Shown here: positions 28,656 to 37,038 of the stretch, piece after piece
How positions within the stretch are numbered: the first letter of the stretch is position 1
Layout: each line of letters begins with the position of its first letter
Virus record (IMG/VR): IMGVR_UViG_3300005537_000031
Coordinates: 1 to 56,614 of that record
Reading direction: 5' to 3' (one strand)
Source of the DNA: a virus
Lineage: Duplodnaviria > Caudoviricetes
Length of the DNA: 56,614 nucleotides
Translations under genes and position numbers: made by a program
The notes under the pieces: generated by a model
What the model saw: the letters and a program-made list of their open reading frames with translations, nothing else
Databases searched by the model: none
Told to the model about the DNA's origin: nothing

Positions 28656-28703
28656 TCTAAGGTGATTTTGTTGTTGCGGGGGAGTATCCCGTTGTGGTAG
28701 GTT
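28656..28703 (+). promoter_or_regulatory. Second promoter with the shared box and inverted operator
   Basis: TCTAAGGTGATTTTGTT, then TTGCGG, GGGAGTATCCC and TGGTAGGTT, 8 nt before ATG 28712. Confidence 0.6.
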
Positions 28704-28711
28704 ACCAACTT

Positions 28712-29614
28712 ATGCCGAAGATTAAATACCAAGATATAAACTTCAAATCGGGGTCGCTGGCCCTGATTGCCAAGGCCAATGAGATCATCGCCAGCTATCA
28801 GTCCCAAGGGTATGACCTGACACTCCGGCAGCTATACTACCAGTTTGTGTCCCGCGATATTATCCCCAATACCCAAGCCAGTTACAAGAATCTCGGCAGC
28901 GTGGTCAATGATGCGCGCTTGGCCGGGATGATCGACTGGAACGCGATTGTGGATCGCACACGAGAGTTGCGGAGCCTGCCTCACTGGAGTAATCCGGGCG
29001 ACATCGTGGATAGCTGCTCGAAGCAGTTCAATATCGACAAGTGGAAGGATCAGAAGTACCGCCCGGAGGTATGGATCGAGAAAGATGCCCTAGCAGGAGT
29101 ATTTGAGCGCGTATGCAATGAGTTGGATGTCCCATTGTTCTCCTGCCGGGGATATACCAGCCAGAGTGAAATGTGGGTCGGCGCACAGCGGATGCTTCGG
29201 TATCGCAAGCAGAAGCAGATTCCAATGATCCTGCATTTTGGCGACCACGATCCTAGCGGCAAGGACATGTCGCGGGACATTCAAGATAGGCTGTGCCTGT
29301 TCACTGGCCGGGAGATTGAATTTGAGCGGCTGGCCCTGAATATGAATCAGGTTGAGGAATATGATCCGCCGCCGAATCCAGCGAAAGTTACTGATTCGCG
29401 TGCTAAGGGTTATATCGCTGAATTCGGTGATGAGAGCTGGGAACTGGACGCGCTGGAGCCAAGTGTACTGGAGGAGTTGGTTCGCGGAGCTATTGCTAAG
29501 GTGGTAGACGCTGACGTGATGGATGCTGCCGATGAAGAACAGGATCGTCATCGTGAGACGCTACGCCTGATATCCGAGAGATTTGACGATTGTGAAGAGT
29601 TGGTGAGGGAATGA
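28712..29614 (+). CDS. Topoisomerase VI-A/Spo11-like Toprim protein (Mini-A type)
   Basis: TLRQLYY winged helix with Tyr, WIEKDAL, GDHDPSG and WELDAL. Confidence 0.8.
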   Translation: MPKIKYQDINFKSGSLALIAKANEIIASYQSQGYDLTLRQLYYQFVSRDIIPNTQASYKNLGSVVNDARLAGMIDWNAIVDRTRELRSLPHWSNPGDIVDSCSKQFNIDKWKDQKYRPEVWIEKDALAGVFERVCNELDVPLFSCRGYTSQSEMWVGAQRMLRYRKQKQIPMILHFGDHDPSGKDMSRDIQDRLCLFTGREIEFERLALNMNQVEEYDPPPNPAKVTDSRAKGYIAEFGDESWELDALEPSVLEELVRGAIAKVVDADVMDAADEEQDRHRETLRLISERFDDCEELVRE

Positions 29615-29949
29615 CCAAGCCATCCCAGAAAATCCTCCCCCCGGCGGAACTCTCCGCCAGGGTGGTGCCTCTGTCCGACGAGCAGGTGGCGATCGAAGAC
29701 TCGCGCCGCTCCTCCATCCAGGCGGCGGTGATCCGCTGGCGTGACCTGGTGCTGGCAACGTGGCAGCTCGCGGATGATAAGAAGTATCGCGGGAGGCTTC
29801 CGGAGGGCATGAGCAGTCAGCAGTTCTGGGCGAAGGTCACGCGCGCGGCAGGGAGGCTGGGTGGGAAGGTCGGGGTTGCGGTGCGAGGGAGGGAGTGGTG
29901 GGTGTGGTCGGTGCGGAGGCCGGGGGCTAAGGATTCGGAAGCTGAGTGA
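29611..29949 (+). CDS. Hypothetical protein
   Basis: ATGA overlap. Confidence 0.5.
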   Translation: MTKPSQKILPPAELSARVVPLSDEQVAIEDSRRSSIQAAVIRWRDLVLATWQLADDKKYRGRLPEGMSSQQFWAKVTRAAGRLGGKVGVAVRGREWWVWSVRRPGAKDSEAE

Positions 29950-29988
29950 TCGGGGGCTCGTCCCCCAGAACAGAAGAAGAAGGAATTT

Positions 29989-30336
29989 ATGGCAACTGAA
30001 AATAAAACTGGTCGCACGTTGGGGCCATTACAAGTTGGCATGGTGGTAGCCTTTGCGGAGCATGACAACCATGGAGCGCACGGGAAAAAGACTGCGATAG
30101 AACTTGATGACCGCACAGGAGAAACCGTTGCTTATATCATCAAGCCGGAGCATGTCGCTTTATTCTCTGCCGCGCCTGACATGCTTGCCGCGCTGAAGGT
30201 ATTGTCAGCAAATGCAAAAGAGGCGATTGCCTTCATTCCGACTGAGCCGCAAGACAATCCTTCGCGGAACGTATGGCACGATTTGGACATTGCGATAAAA
30301 GCCTCTGACCGCGCCATCGCCAAGGCAGAAAAGTAA
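29989..30336 (+). CDS. Phage accessory protein
   Basis: TLGP...SAAPDMLAALK...AIAKA pattern common in phage early genes. Confidence 0.6.
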   Translation: MATENKTGRTLGPLQVGMVVAFAEHDNHGAHGKKTAIELDDRTGETVAYIIKPEHVALFSAAPDMLAALKVLSANAKEAIAFIPTEPQDNPSRNVWHDLDIAIKASDRAIAKAEK

Positions 30337-30380
30337 CCTTTGCGGGCCCCGTGCCCCCAGATAAGAGAGAAGAACAAACA

Positions 30381-30590
30381 ATGCTGATCCGGCCAGTACA
30401 ATCACGACCATCGCCGCCACCGCTGGAATCGAAAGCCATCGCCTCCGGCTGGCAACTCTACCGCTGCCAGTGCTGCGGTCCCGCGTGCCGTCGCTTGCGG
30501 AACCGTGGAGAGGTCGTGGAACCAAGATATTCGTCGACCGTTCGCGCATTATCGAGCGCGAGCAAGGAGGACAGTGATGGCAGAGAATAA
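30381..30590 (+). CDS. Small Cys-containing hypothetical protein
   Basis: CQCCGPAC. Confidence 0.4.
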   Translation: MLIRPVQSRPSPPPLESKAIASGWQLYRCQCCGPACRRLRNRGEVVEPRYSSTVRALSSASKEDSDGRE

Positions 30591-30930
30591 AAGCATGCCG
30601 TTCGTGTTGCCGCTGAAGATTTCCGGCTGGAGTGGTGAGCATGATGAAACCGGAGCGTGGATCGTAGATGCTACCGGAAAGCAAGTGTGCTCCACGCAAG
30701 AGGTAGAGGAGAACACACTTGAAGCGTGGTATGCCTACCAGAAAATTCCAGCAGATATTGTGGTTGCAGTCAACAATTATCAGCAGCTGATAGATGCACT
30801 AACGCGGCTGACTGGTCTGGTGCGTGATTGCCATAACGTGTTCCAAAACCACTCTGCCAGCTGGATTATGAAGCAGCCATCGTTCCTGAATGCGGAGGCT
30901 GTATTGAAAGCAGCGAAGGAGACATCATGA
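30577..30930 (+). CDS. Phage accessory protein
   Basis: AAGGAGG RBS; IVVAVNNYQQLIDAL. Confidence 0.55.
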   Translation: MAENKSMPFVLPLKISGWSGEHDETGAWIVDATGKQVCSTQEVEENTLEAWYAYQKIPADIVVAVNNYQQLIDALTRLTGLVRDCHNVFQNHSASWIMKQPSFLNAEAVLKAAKETS

Positions 30931-32627
30931 CAACCAAGATTTTTATAGATAGGTCGCGCATCATAACCCGCGAGCGTTGTGATCGCCGTCGTTGGCTTGA
31001 GTATCACGAATCCGGAACCGGCATCGTGCCGAAGCGGACGCCGCTGGCCTTGGGAGTGGGGAGCGCGGTTCACGCTGGTCTTGCTCAAATGTTGCTGGAT
31101 GCTCAGCAATGGTTGTGGGATCATCCACAACTAGGGCTAGCCTATTTCTTCTCCAATTTTGATATGACCTATGAGGAATCTTGGGTGGCAGCAGCCCTAG
31201 CCGACTTCTCCGCGCATGCCTCTGGGCTGGAGCTGGACGCCAATGAATCCGCAGCGCTGGGGGCCATGACCACCGACGCGAAGCAACTGGCCGAACAGAT
31301 GATCGCTCAGGCCAGGGAGCTAGGGATGTCCGAGCAGGACATCGCGGGGATCGCGCAGGGGATGGATCCAGCGATCGCGCGGTCGGAGTTCGAGCGGTAT
31401 CTATTCGCTGAGCAGTCGGCGCTGGTCGAGGCGTTGGTCCGAGCGTATGCGCGGCGGAGGTTGCAGCCGTTGCTCTCGGAGTTCGAGGTGCTGGAGGTGG
31501 AGCGGGAGGGGGAGTGGAAGCTATCGTCGTGGAAGCCAGGATGGCCAATGGCCCCGGAGGATGAGCACGACTATGAACTCTGGTTCATGTCCCGCCCGGA
31601 TGCACTGCTGCGCCATCGCCAGTCGAATGAACTTTACTTACTGAGCTATAAGACTACTGGACAGTGGGACGTGCGGAAGGCGAGGGACATTGAGCATGAC
31701 ATGCAGGGGCTCAGTGAAGGGGTAGAGGTTGAGCGGAGACTCGCCAAGTGGTATGAGGAAATACAGGAATACTCTCCTGACCTGAAGTCATGGGCTGAGG
31801 CCACAGGTACAAGTGTAGCTATGGCCAAGTATCTGGCCACTGTCGGTGCTGCACCGCGAATCCACGCCATCCGCTATGAATTCCTGCTGAAGGGGGAGCG
31901 GTGGAAGGACAAGGAGCTGTCGGCGCGGCTGGGGATCGAGTGTCGGTCGCAGCAGTCGCATCTTATCCGGCAGTACGTGGCCACGTCCACACCCAAGAAG
32001 GGGGATGGTGGGTACAGCGTGGGGGACGTGTGCTGGAGCTGGGATTTTTACCGCCCGGAGGATGATAAGGACTCGAAGCTGGCGTGGCAGAACTGGAAGT
32101 CACGGGCGGTTTTCTTTGAGTCGGAGTGGGAGAGTGGTGCCATTAAGAAATGGATCGACAAGCTAGACCAATCGGAGATCCTGATGTCCGGCGAGGACTC
32201 CACGGTGGGCCTGGTGCCACGGCAACTCGGGTGGAAATCCGCCGCCCAGGCGATGGGAGTGACGAAGGAGCATCCGCTGGACAAGGTGTTCGTGCCGGCG
32301 GTGACGATCTATCGCAATGATGACCAGCTCCGCGACTGGGTGGAGCAGGTGGAGCATGCGGAGCGGGAGGTAGCACAGCACGTAGCTGAGGTGAACGCCA
32401 CGAGTGATCCCGGCGAGAAGCGATCGCTGCTGAATCGCTATTTTCCACAGGTAAGACAATCCTGTGAATATCCGGGTACGTGTCCCTACGCGAGAGACCG
32501 AGTCAGCGTATGCTGGGGCAGCGCGGAGATGCAGGCTGATCCCTTGACTGTAGGTGGCGGGGAATATGTGAGACGTGTTCCTAATCATCCGGTTGAAGAT
32601 CAATCGCTGGTACAGATCAACAAGTAA
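30927..32627 (+). CDS. PD-(D/E)XK (RecB/Cas4-like) exonuclease
   Basis: CDRRRWLEY, GSAVH, EVERE, RPDALL..SYKT, and a C-terminal C..CPY..C Fe-S pattern. Confidence 0.75.
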   Translation: MTTKIFIDRSRIITRERCDRRRWLEYHESGTGIVPKRTPLALGVGSAVHAGLAQMLLDAQQWLWDHPQLGLAYFFSNFDMTYEESWVAAALADFSAHASGLELDANESAALGAMTTDAKQLAEQMIAQARELGMSEQDIAGIAQGMDPAIARSEFERYLFAEQSALVEALVRAYARRRLQPLLSEFEVLEVEREGEWKLSSWKPGWPMAPEDEHDYELWFMSRPDALLRHRQSNELYLLSYKTTGQWDVRKARDIEHDMQGLSEGVEVERRLAKWYEEIQEYSPDLKSWAEATGTSVAMAKYLATVGAAPRIHAIRYEFLLKGERWKDKELSARLGIECRSQQSHLIRQYVATSTPKKGDGGYSVGDVCWSWDFYRPEDDKDSKLAWQNWKSRAVFFESEWESGAIKKWIDKLDQSEILMSGEDSTVGLVPRQLGWKSAAQAMGVTKEHPLDKVFVPAVTIYRNDDQLRDWVEQVEHAEREVAQHVAEVNATSDPGEKRSLLNRYFPQVRQSCEYPGTCPYARDRVSVCWGSAEMQADPLTVGGGEYVRRVPNHPVEDQSLVQINK

Positions 32628-32667
32628 CCTACAACCTGTAGCGTTGAAAAAATAATTGAAATAACCC

Positions 32668-32697
32668 TTGACAAGATTATCGTAATAGGACTAGTCT
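32668..32697 (+). promoter_or_regulatory. Sigma70-type promoter
   Basis: A-rich UP region, TTGACA-18 nt-TAGTCT. Confidence 0.6.
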
Positions 32698-32714
32698 TAG
32701 GCTCTCGAACATGG

Positions 32715-32900
32715 ATGTATACATCAATGGCAACAGGTAATCATAACAACAACGGCAACCTGACTCCAGCTTACAGGCTGCGCACGAACCGCATTCACTC
32801 GAAGCTGAAGACGTTGTGTCACAAGTGGATGCGGGACAATCGTCCGGAAGTAGTGGAGCGGCTGCGGAAGCAAGCAAAAAGGGAGACGGCAAATGGCTAA
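32715..32900 (+). CDS. Small basic hypothetical protein
   Basis: First ORF after the promoter. Confidence 0.45.
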   Translation: MYTSMATGNHNNNGNLTPAYRLRTNRIHSKLKTLCHKWMRDNRPEVVERLRKQAKRETANG

Positions 32901-33192
32901 GAGAATCACAGAAACCATCACGTTGGAAGTCACGGGCGTAGACCAGCGCACCTATTATCCCAATGGTTATGCAAAACCTACGGAAGTCATCACACAGATC
33001 ACGCTTAGCGCTAAGGAATCTCCTCTGCGTTCGGCGAGTGTGACCATTCCGGGAAATCTGCCGCTAGGCACGCGGTTCAAGCTCACGATTGAGCAGGTAG
33101 ATGATGTGACCCCGGCCACAATCCATCGCGGCGCGTTGCCGATCATCGAAGACCACAAGCTGATCGAGGGTAGCGACGGCGGGGTGAACTAG
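32893..33192 (+). CDS. Hypothetical protein
   Basis: 99 aa, GGAG RBS. Confidence 0.55.
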   Translation: MAKRITETITLEVTGVDQRTYYPNGYAKPTEVITQITLSAKESPLRSASVTIPGNLPLGTRFKLTIEQVDDVTPATIHRGALPIIEDHKLIEGSDGGVN

Positions 33193-33194
33193 CT

Positions 33195-33362
33195 GTGGCT
33201 AAGATTCGCATAACGCGCACACTTGTATTCGAGGGTGAAGAGGCGTGGGTTCGTGTCAGTGTTTCTCCGGAGAAGGCGCTTGTAGGACCAGATAAGCCAT
33301 TCCACGCTGGTAGTGGAACCATAATTGAGACTTCACGAGTAGAGGAGAAAGTCGATGGCTAA
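33195..33362 (+). CDS. 55-aa hypothetical protein
   Basis: GTG start, translated by hand; fills the gap. Confidence 0.45.
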   Translation: MAKIRITRTLVFEGEEAWVRVSVSPEKALVGPDKPFHAGSGTIIETSRVEEKVDG

Positions 33363-34401
33363 ATCCATCTGCCTCTATGCCGCGACCGGATGCTGGAAGT
33401 CCACGCAGATCAAGTTCTTCGCAAGGAGAATAGCTGAAGTCACCGGCAAGGCCACGCTCCTGCTCTCGACCGACGGCGGCGGCTGGGCACCGTGTGAGCC
33501 GGAGATCATCGCGGGGATGATTATTCCTTGGCGCTGTGAGACGGCGAATACTCCGCTGTCGCTGCTGCGGAAGGTATCGCAGGGCTACTGGCCGAAGAAC
33601 GTGGACGCGATCAACGAGGCGATTGCGGGGCTGTTCTCGGGATCACAGGATTTCGACAGCGCCAGCATGATCCCGATCAACTGGAACGAGATCGGCGGGA
33701 TTGCGGTGGAAGGCCTGACCTCGATTGGCCAGGTGATCATGAGATATCTCCCGGATAAGGGGCAGGCGGTGGGCGGGGAGAATCGCAACGGCGCGAACAT
33801 GAGTTTTCAGCAGGGAGTGGTAGTGAATGGCACTCCGACTATTGAGACCTTTGGGTCAAATACTCGGGGCGATTTTGGTTTTTCGCAAAACACCCTCTAT
33901 GGCCTGGTGAATAACTTCAACTCCCTCCCCTGTCATGCGGTGATGTACACGGCGCTGGAATCGAAGACCGAGGACGACGACCGCTCCACGATCTATGGTC
34001 CTGCGCTCCCAGGGAAGAAGGCCACCGCGCAATGTGGCAGCTGGTTCGGCGATCTCATCCACGGGCAGGACTATGCAGTCCCCCGGGTGATTCAGGTGAC
34101 TGATCCGGCGGACGCCACGAAGCAGGTCCCGCAGACGGTGATCGATGTGCAAGTGCGGATGTTCTATCGCAAGCATCCCGATCCCAGCACTGGGATTATG
34201 TTCCCGGCTAAGCCACGCTGCGCGCCTGAGAAGATTGCGGAACTGGAGGCGGAGTTTCCCGGTGGCTTTTTTGCTCCGACCACCGAACACGGCTTAGACC
34301 TCTACATGGCTGCGGTGGACAGGCTGGCGGCGGACGCAAGCAAGGGGGAGTCGCTCTTAAATTGGAGAGATCGTGCCGATAAATTATTGGGCCGGAAGTA
34401 G
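33355..34401 (+). CDS. Sak4/AAA_24-like P-loop recombination ATPase
   Basis: LYAATGCWKST (variant Walker A), IAVEGLT, YGPALPGKK; lies between the exonuclease and SSB-like genes. Confidence 0.65.
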   Translation: MAKSICLYAATGCWKSTQIKFFARRIAEVTGKATLLLSTDGGGWAPCEPEIIAGMIIPWRCETANTPLSLLRKVSQGYWPKNVDAINEAIAGLFSGSQDFDSASMIPINWNEIGGIAVEGLTSIGQVIMRYLPDKGQAVGGENRNGANMSFQQGVVVNGTPTIETFGSNTRGDFGFSQNTLYGLVNNFNSLPCHAVMYTALESKTEDDDRSTIYGPALPGKKATAQCGSWFGDLIHGQDYAVPRVIQVTDPADATKQVPQTVIDVQVRMFYRKHPDPSTGIMFPAKPRCAPEKIAELEAEFPGGFFAPTTEHGLDLYMAAVDRLAADASKGESLLNWRDRADKLLGRK

Positions 34402-34415
34402 AAAGGATAAATGCA

Positions 34416-34805
34416 GTGAAGGTAAAGTTTAGCCGCAACAAGCTCATCGCCGCTCTGCGTAAGTCCAAGGAGACTGCCTTGGCGCAGTATCGCAAGGACG
34501 TACAGGCGTATCATTCCAACAACGAGAAGGCCAAGGAGCGTCTGATCCAAAACACGGAGAAGTATCTGTCGGAAGTTCGCCGCACTAAGCCAAACGACAT
34601 AGAAACCAGTAATCATACTGTTGGCAATCGTTTGTTTAAGGGAGCTGATTTTACTAATCATCCCAGAGAGCCAAGGATGGAGTTTGTTGAGAACCTCATC
34701 CAGCAGTTGGAATTGAGCGTGGATGACGTGATCGTGTGCGACACCAAGGAGGAGTACGTTCGCCTCACGAGTGCATGCCAGATACTGGGAACCTGCAAGA
34801 TTTAA
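34416..34805 (+). CDS. Hypothetical protein
   Basis: 129 aa, helical. Confidence 0.55.
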   Translation: MKVKFSRNKLIAALRKSKETALAQYRKDVQAYHSNNEKAKERLIQNTEKYLSEVRRTKPNDIETSNHTVGNRLFKGADFTNHPREPRMEFVENLIQQLELSVDDVIVCDTKEEYVRLTSACQILGTCKI

Positions 34806-34865
34806 CACAGCCCGCCCCTGCGCGGGAGAGTCACACGCAGCGGAATCTTAAATTGAGGAGACATC

Positions 34866-35744
34866 ATGTCAGCAAGCAATCCATTCGCAACCGGGGGCGC
34901 AGCACCTGTTACTGGAGCGTCACCCTTCGGAACCACATCCAACCAGCCAGCCACGGCCGCCAACGGCCTAGCCGCTGCACCGCTCGACAATCAAACCCAG
35001 CACGTCCCTGAACCCCTGCCATCGCTCGACGATCCGGGGCTCACGTCTGAATCTCTCACTGCGAAGGAGGGAGACGCCTTCGCAGCGCCACCGCCGGCAC
35101 CGGATGGAATCTATCGCGTGAAACTAAAACTGCGCGGGGTCAAAGCCGAGGACGTGGGCGGAGCTGACATCTCGCAGTACACCAACGGCGCGGAGGTCGC
35201 ACCGTGGGTGACTGGCGTGGCCAAGGACCGCCAGGGGAATGTCACCGGCACCTTCGCCAAGACGATCATGGACGTGCAGATCATTGATCCACGGTTCCCG
35301 GAACTCGACGGCACGTTCCTGCAAGTGCCATTCAAATGGATGGACACGCGGAGCAGCCAGAAGGGACTGTCCAAGATCATGACGATCCTGACGCTGGCGG
35401 GGAAACGTCCGTCGGGCGAGCCGTGGGTCATCGTGGGGCAGAATTACTCCCACCGCACGCTGATGGAGACGTTCGTGAAGTTCCTCGCGGGCGAGCCGGA
35501 GCTGTTGGCACGGTCGGAGTGGTCGGCGCAGTGTGATGTATGCGGTCAGCTGGCCAAGGCGAGCAATGGAGCAGTGGCCTATCCTAAGTCCACGGATGGC
35601 ATGAACCGATTCCCACCGCTCAGCGGGAAGCCAGGGCAGTTCTCACCGGATCTGCCGTGCCTGGTCAACCGCGCGCACGGGACGACCAAGGCGCGGGCGA
35701 TGGTGGTGCAGTATTACGCGCTGGATCATCAGCATAAGAAGTAG
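34866..35744 (+). CDS. Putative SSB-like protein (DUF669-like)
   Basis: PPPAPDGIYRVKL OB-fold-like start; follows the Sak4-like gene. Confidence 0.45.
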   Translation: MSASNPFATGGAAPVTGASPFGTTSNQPATAANGLAAAPLDNQTQHVPEPLPSLDDPGLTSESLTAKEGDAFAAPPPAPDGIYRVKLKLRGVKAEDVGGADISQYTNGAEVAPWVTGVAKDRQGNVTGTFAKTIMDVQIIDPRFPELDGTFLQVPFKWMDTRSSQKGLSKIMTILTLAGKRPSGEPWVIVGQNYSHRTLMETFVKFLAGEPELLARSEWSAQCDVCGQLAKASNGAVAYPKSTDGMNRFPPLSGKPGQFSPDLPCLVNRAHGTTKARAMVVQYYALDHQHKK

Positions 35745-35748
35745 CTTC

Positions 35749-35955
35749 GATGGGTTGTAGGGTAGGTAGGGCTGGAACCCCGCACCGGGCCGTGCAACTC
35801 GGCCAACCCATCACAGGTTTCCAGCAGGGGAGCCGACTCTCCTTTTCTCCCGTAATCTCATATGTGAGATCAGGACGGCGATGATCCTGTTGGATTGATG
35901 ATTCCAGCAGCCACCGTGCGACTGCCTGCTCTGGCGATTCCGGTGGCTGCTGGAC
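35749..35955 (+). ncRNA. Candidate structured RNA with a tRNA-like 5' domain
   Basis: 8-bp GATGGGTT/AACCCATC stem, T-arm-like GGCCG-TGCAACT-CGGCC, and several further hairpins including a perfect 14-bp stem. Confidence 0.4.
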
Positions 35956-36063
35956 GTGGGGACAGGAAACACCGCCTGCGGCATCCGCACCCCCGGGTGG
36001 TGCTCCTTCCTCGGTTTTTATTAGTAATTATTTAACTATCTATTTCTATTAAGGAGATTCACC

Positions 36064-36450
36064 ATGGACATCGCAACACTGCTGGAGTCCCATCGCAAAC
36101 ACCTCTTGGATATCGTATCCGAGCAGGATTACGATTCGGAACAAGATCTGGCCAATTCCCGTTTCGCCATAGCACATTCGCACGACCGCGCAACCACCAA
36201 GACACTGCTCGATCTGTATCGCAGCGGACAGACGAATGGTCAGCAACCAGTCGGTCAGGCCAGCTCTACGACCAACACAGTCGCAGCTGCCTCGCGCAAG
36301 GTGAAAGCCGGGAGCAAAGCGGCACGCGCCCGCGCGATCAAGGCGGGGGAGACGCGGCGGAAGAATCTGGAGGCCAAGCGTCGTGAGGAGACGGAGAAGG
36401 ATTCTGGCGCGCAGGATAGTCCGACTGCAGTGGGAGGGGGTGCGGCATGA
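36064..36450 (+). CDS. Hypothetical protein with a basic C-terminal helix
   Basis: AAGGAG RBS with an AT-rich leader. Confidence 0.6.
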   Translation: MDIATLLESHRKHLLDIVSEQDYDSEQDLANSRFAIAHSHDRATTKTLLDLYRSGQTNGQQPVGQASSTTNTVAAASRKVKAGSKAARARAIKAGETRRKNLEAKRREETEKDSGAQDSPTAVGGGAA

Positions 36451-36650
36451 GCACCCGTGTAACTCCTGATGAATACTCATCACTCCTGCCGGTGCCTTAC
36501 CAGAACTACCGCGGAGTCATGTTCAACAACCTCGGCCCATGTGATCTCTCCCCCGCGCATGGCCGAGGCAACATCATGCTCCAGACGGAGGATCACCGGG
36601 CCATCGTCCTGTGTGGGGATTGTTACCAGAAGATACTGAGGGAGGCATGA
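36447..36650 (+). CDS. Small zinc-binding protein
   Basis: C..H...LCGDC; ATGA overlap. Confidence 0.5.
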   Translation: MSTRVTPDEYSSLLPVPYQNYRGVMFNNLGPCDLSPAHGRGNIMLQTEDHRAIVLCGDCYQKILREA

Positions 36651-36868
36651 TGCCACCGCGCTCAGACCTCCATCCCCGAGGCAGCGGCTACCACTCTGCC
36701 AAGGAGCTGGAGAGTATTCGCCTCATGGCTAGGCGCGACCAAGACTCGCGGATCACGGTCTGTCCGGACTGCGGGCGGGAGCGGACGAATATCAAGAGGC
36801 ATAGAGGGAGCAAGCAGTGTCAGCGTCCGAGAGCAATGTTACTTGTGGAAAGCCAGCCGCTTCGCTAG
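36647..36868 (+). CDS. Small C2HC zinc-finger protein
   Basis: CPDCG...KRHRGSKQC. Confidence 0.5.
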   Translation: MMPPRSDLHPRGSGYHSAKELESIRLMARRDQDSRITVCPDCGRERTNIKRHRGSKQCQRPRAMLLVESQPLR

Positions 36869-37038
36869 TACCCCGATGGGATTGGTGGTTCGCTTGTGTA
36901 CTGCCATCCGGACATGAGGGTGACTGCTGTCCCGGTGGTGAGTGCGTGGCTCATGGGAAATATGTAGGATCACCGGGTGTACCGCCACAATGCCCACGAT
37001 GGCCAGATTGTATTGTCGATATATTACCGAGGATATAA

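Noticed and set aside
27300-28700. Active IS91 insertion sequence
   Set aside because: HUH and tyrosine motifs are missing and I could not identify oriIS/terIS ends
35749-35815. Canonical tRNA-Ser(GGA)
   Set aside because: No D stem, weak anticodon stem, non-canonical T loop and no CCA; kept only as tRNA-like
35890-35975. Hammerhead ribozyme (TGATGA...GAAA)
   Set aside because: The core is not CUGANGA, and GAAA is not adjacent to the closing stem
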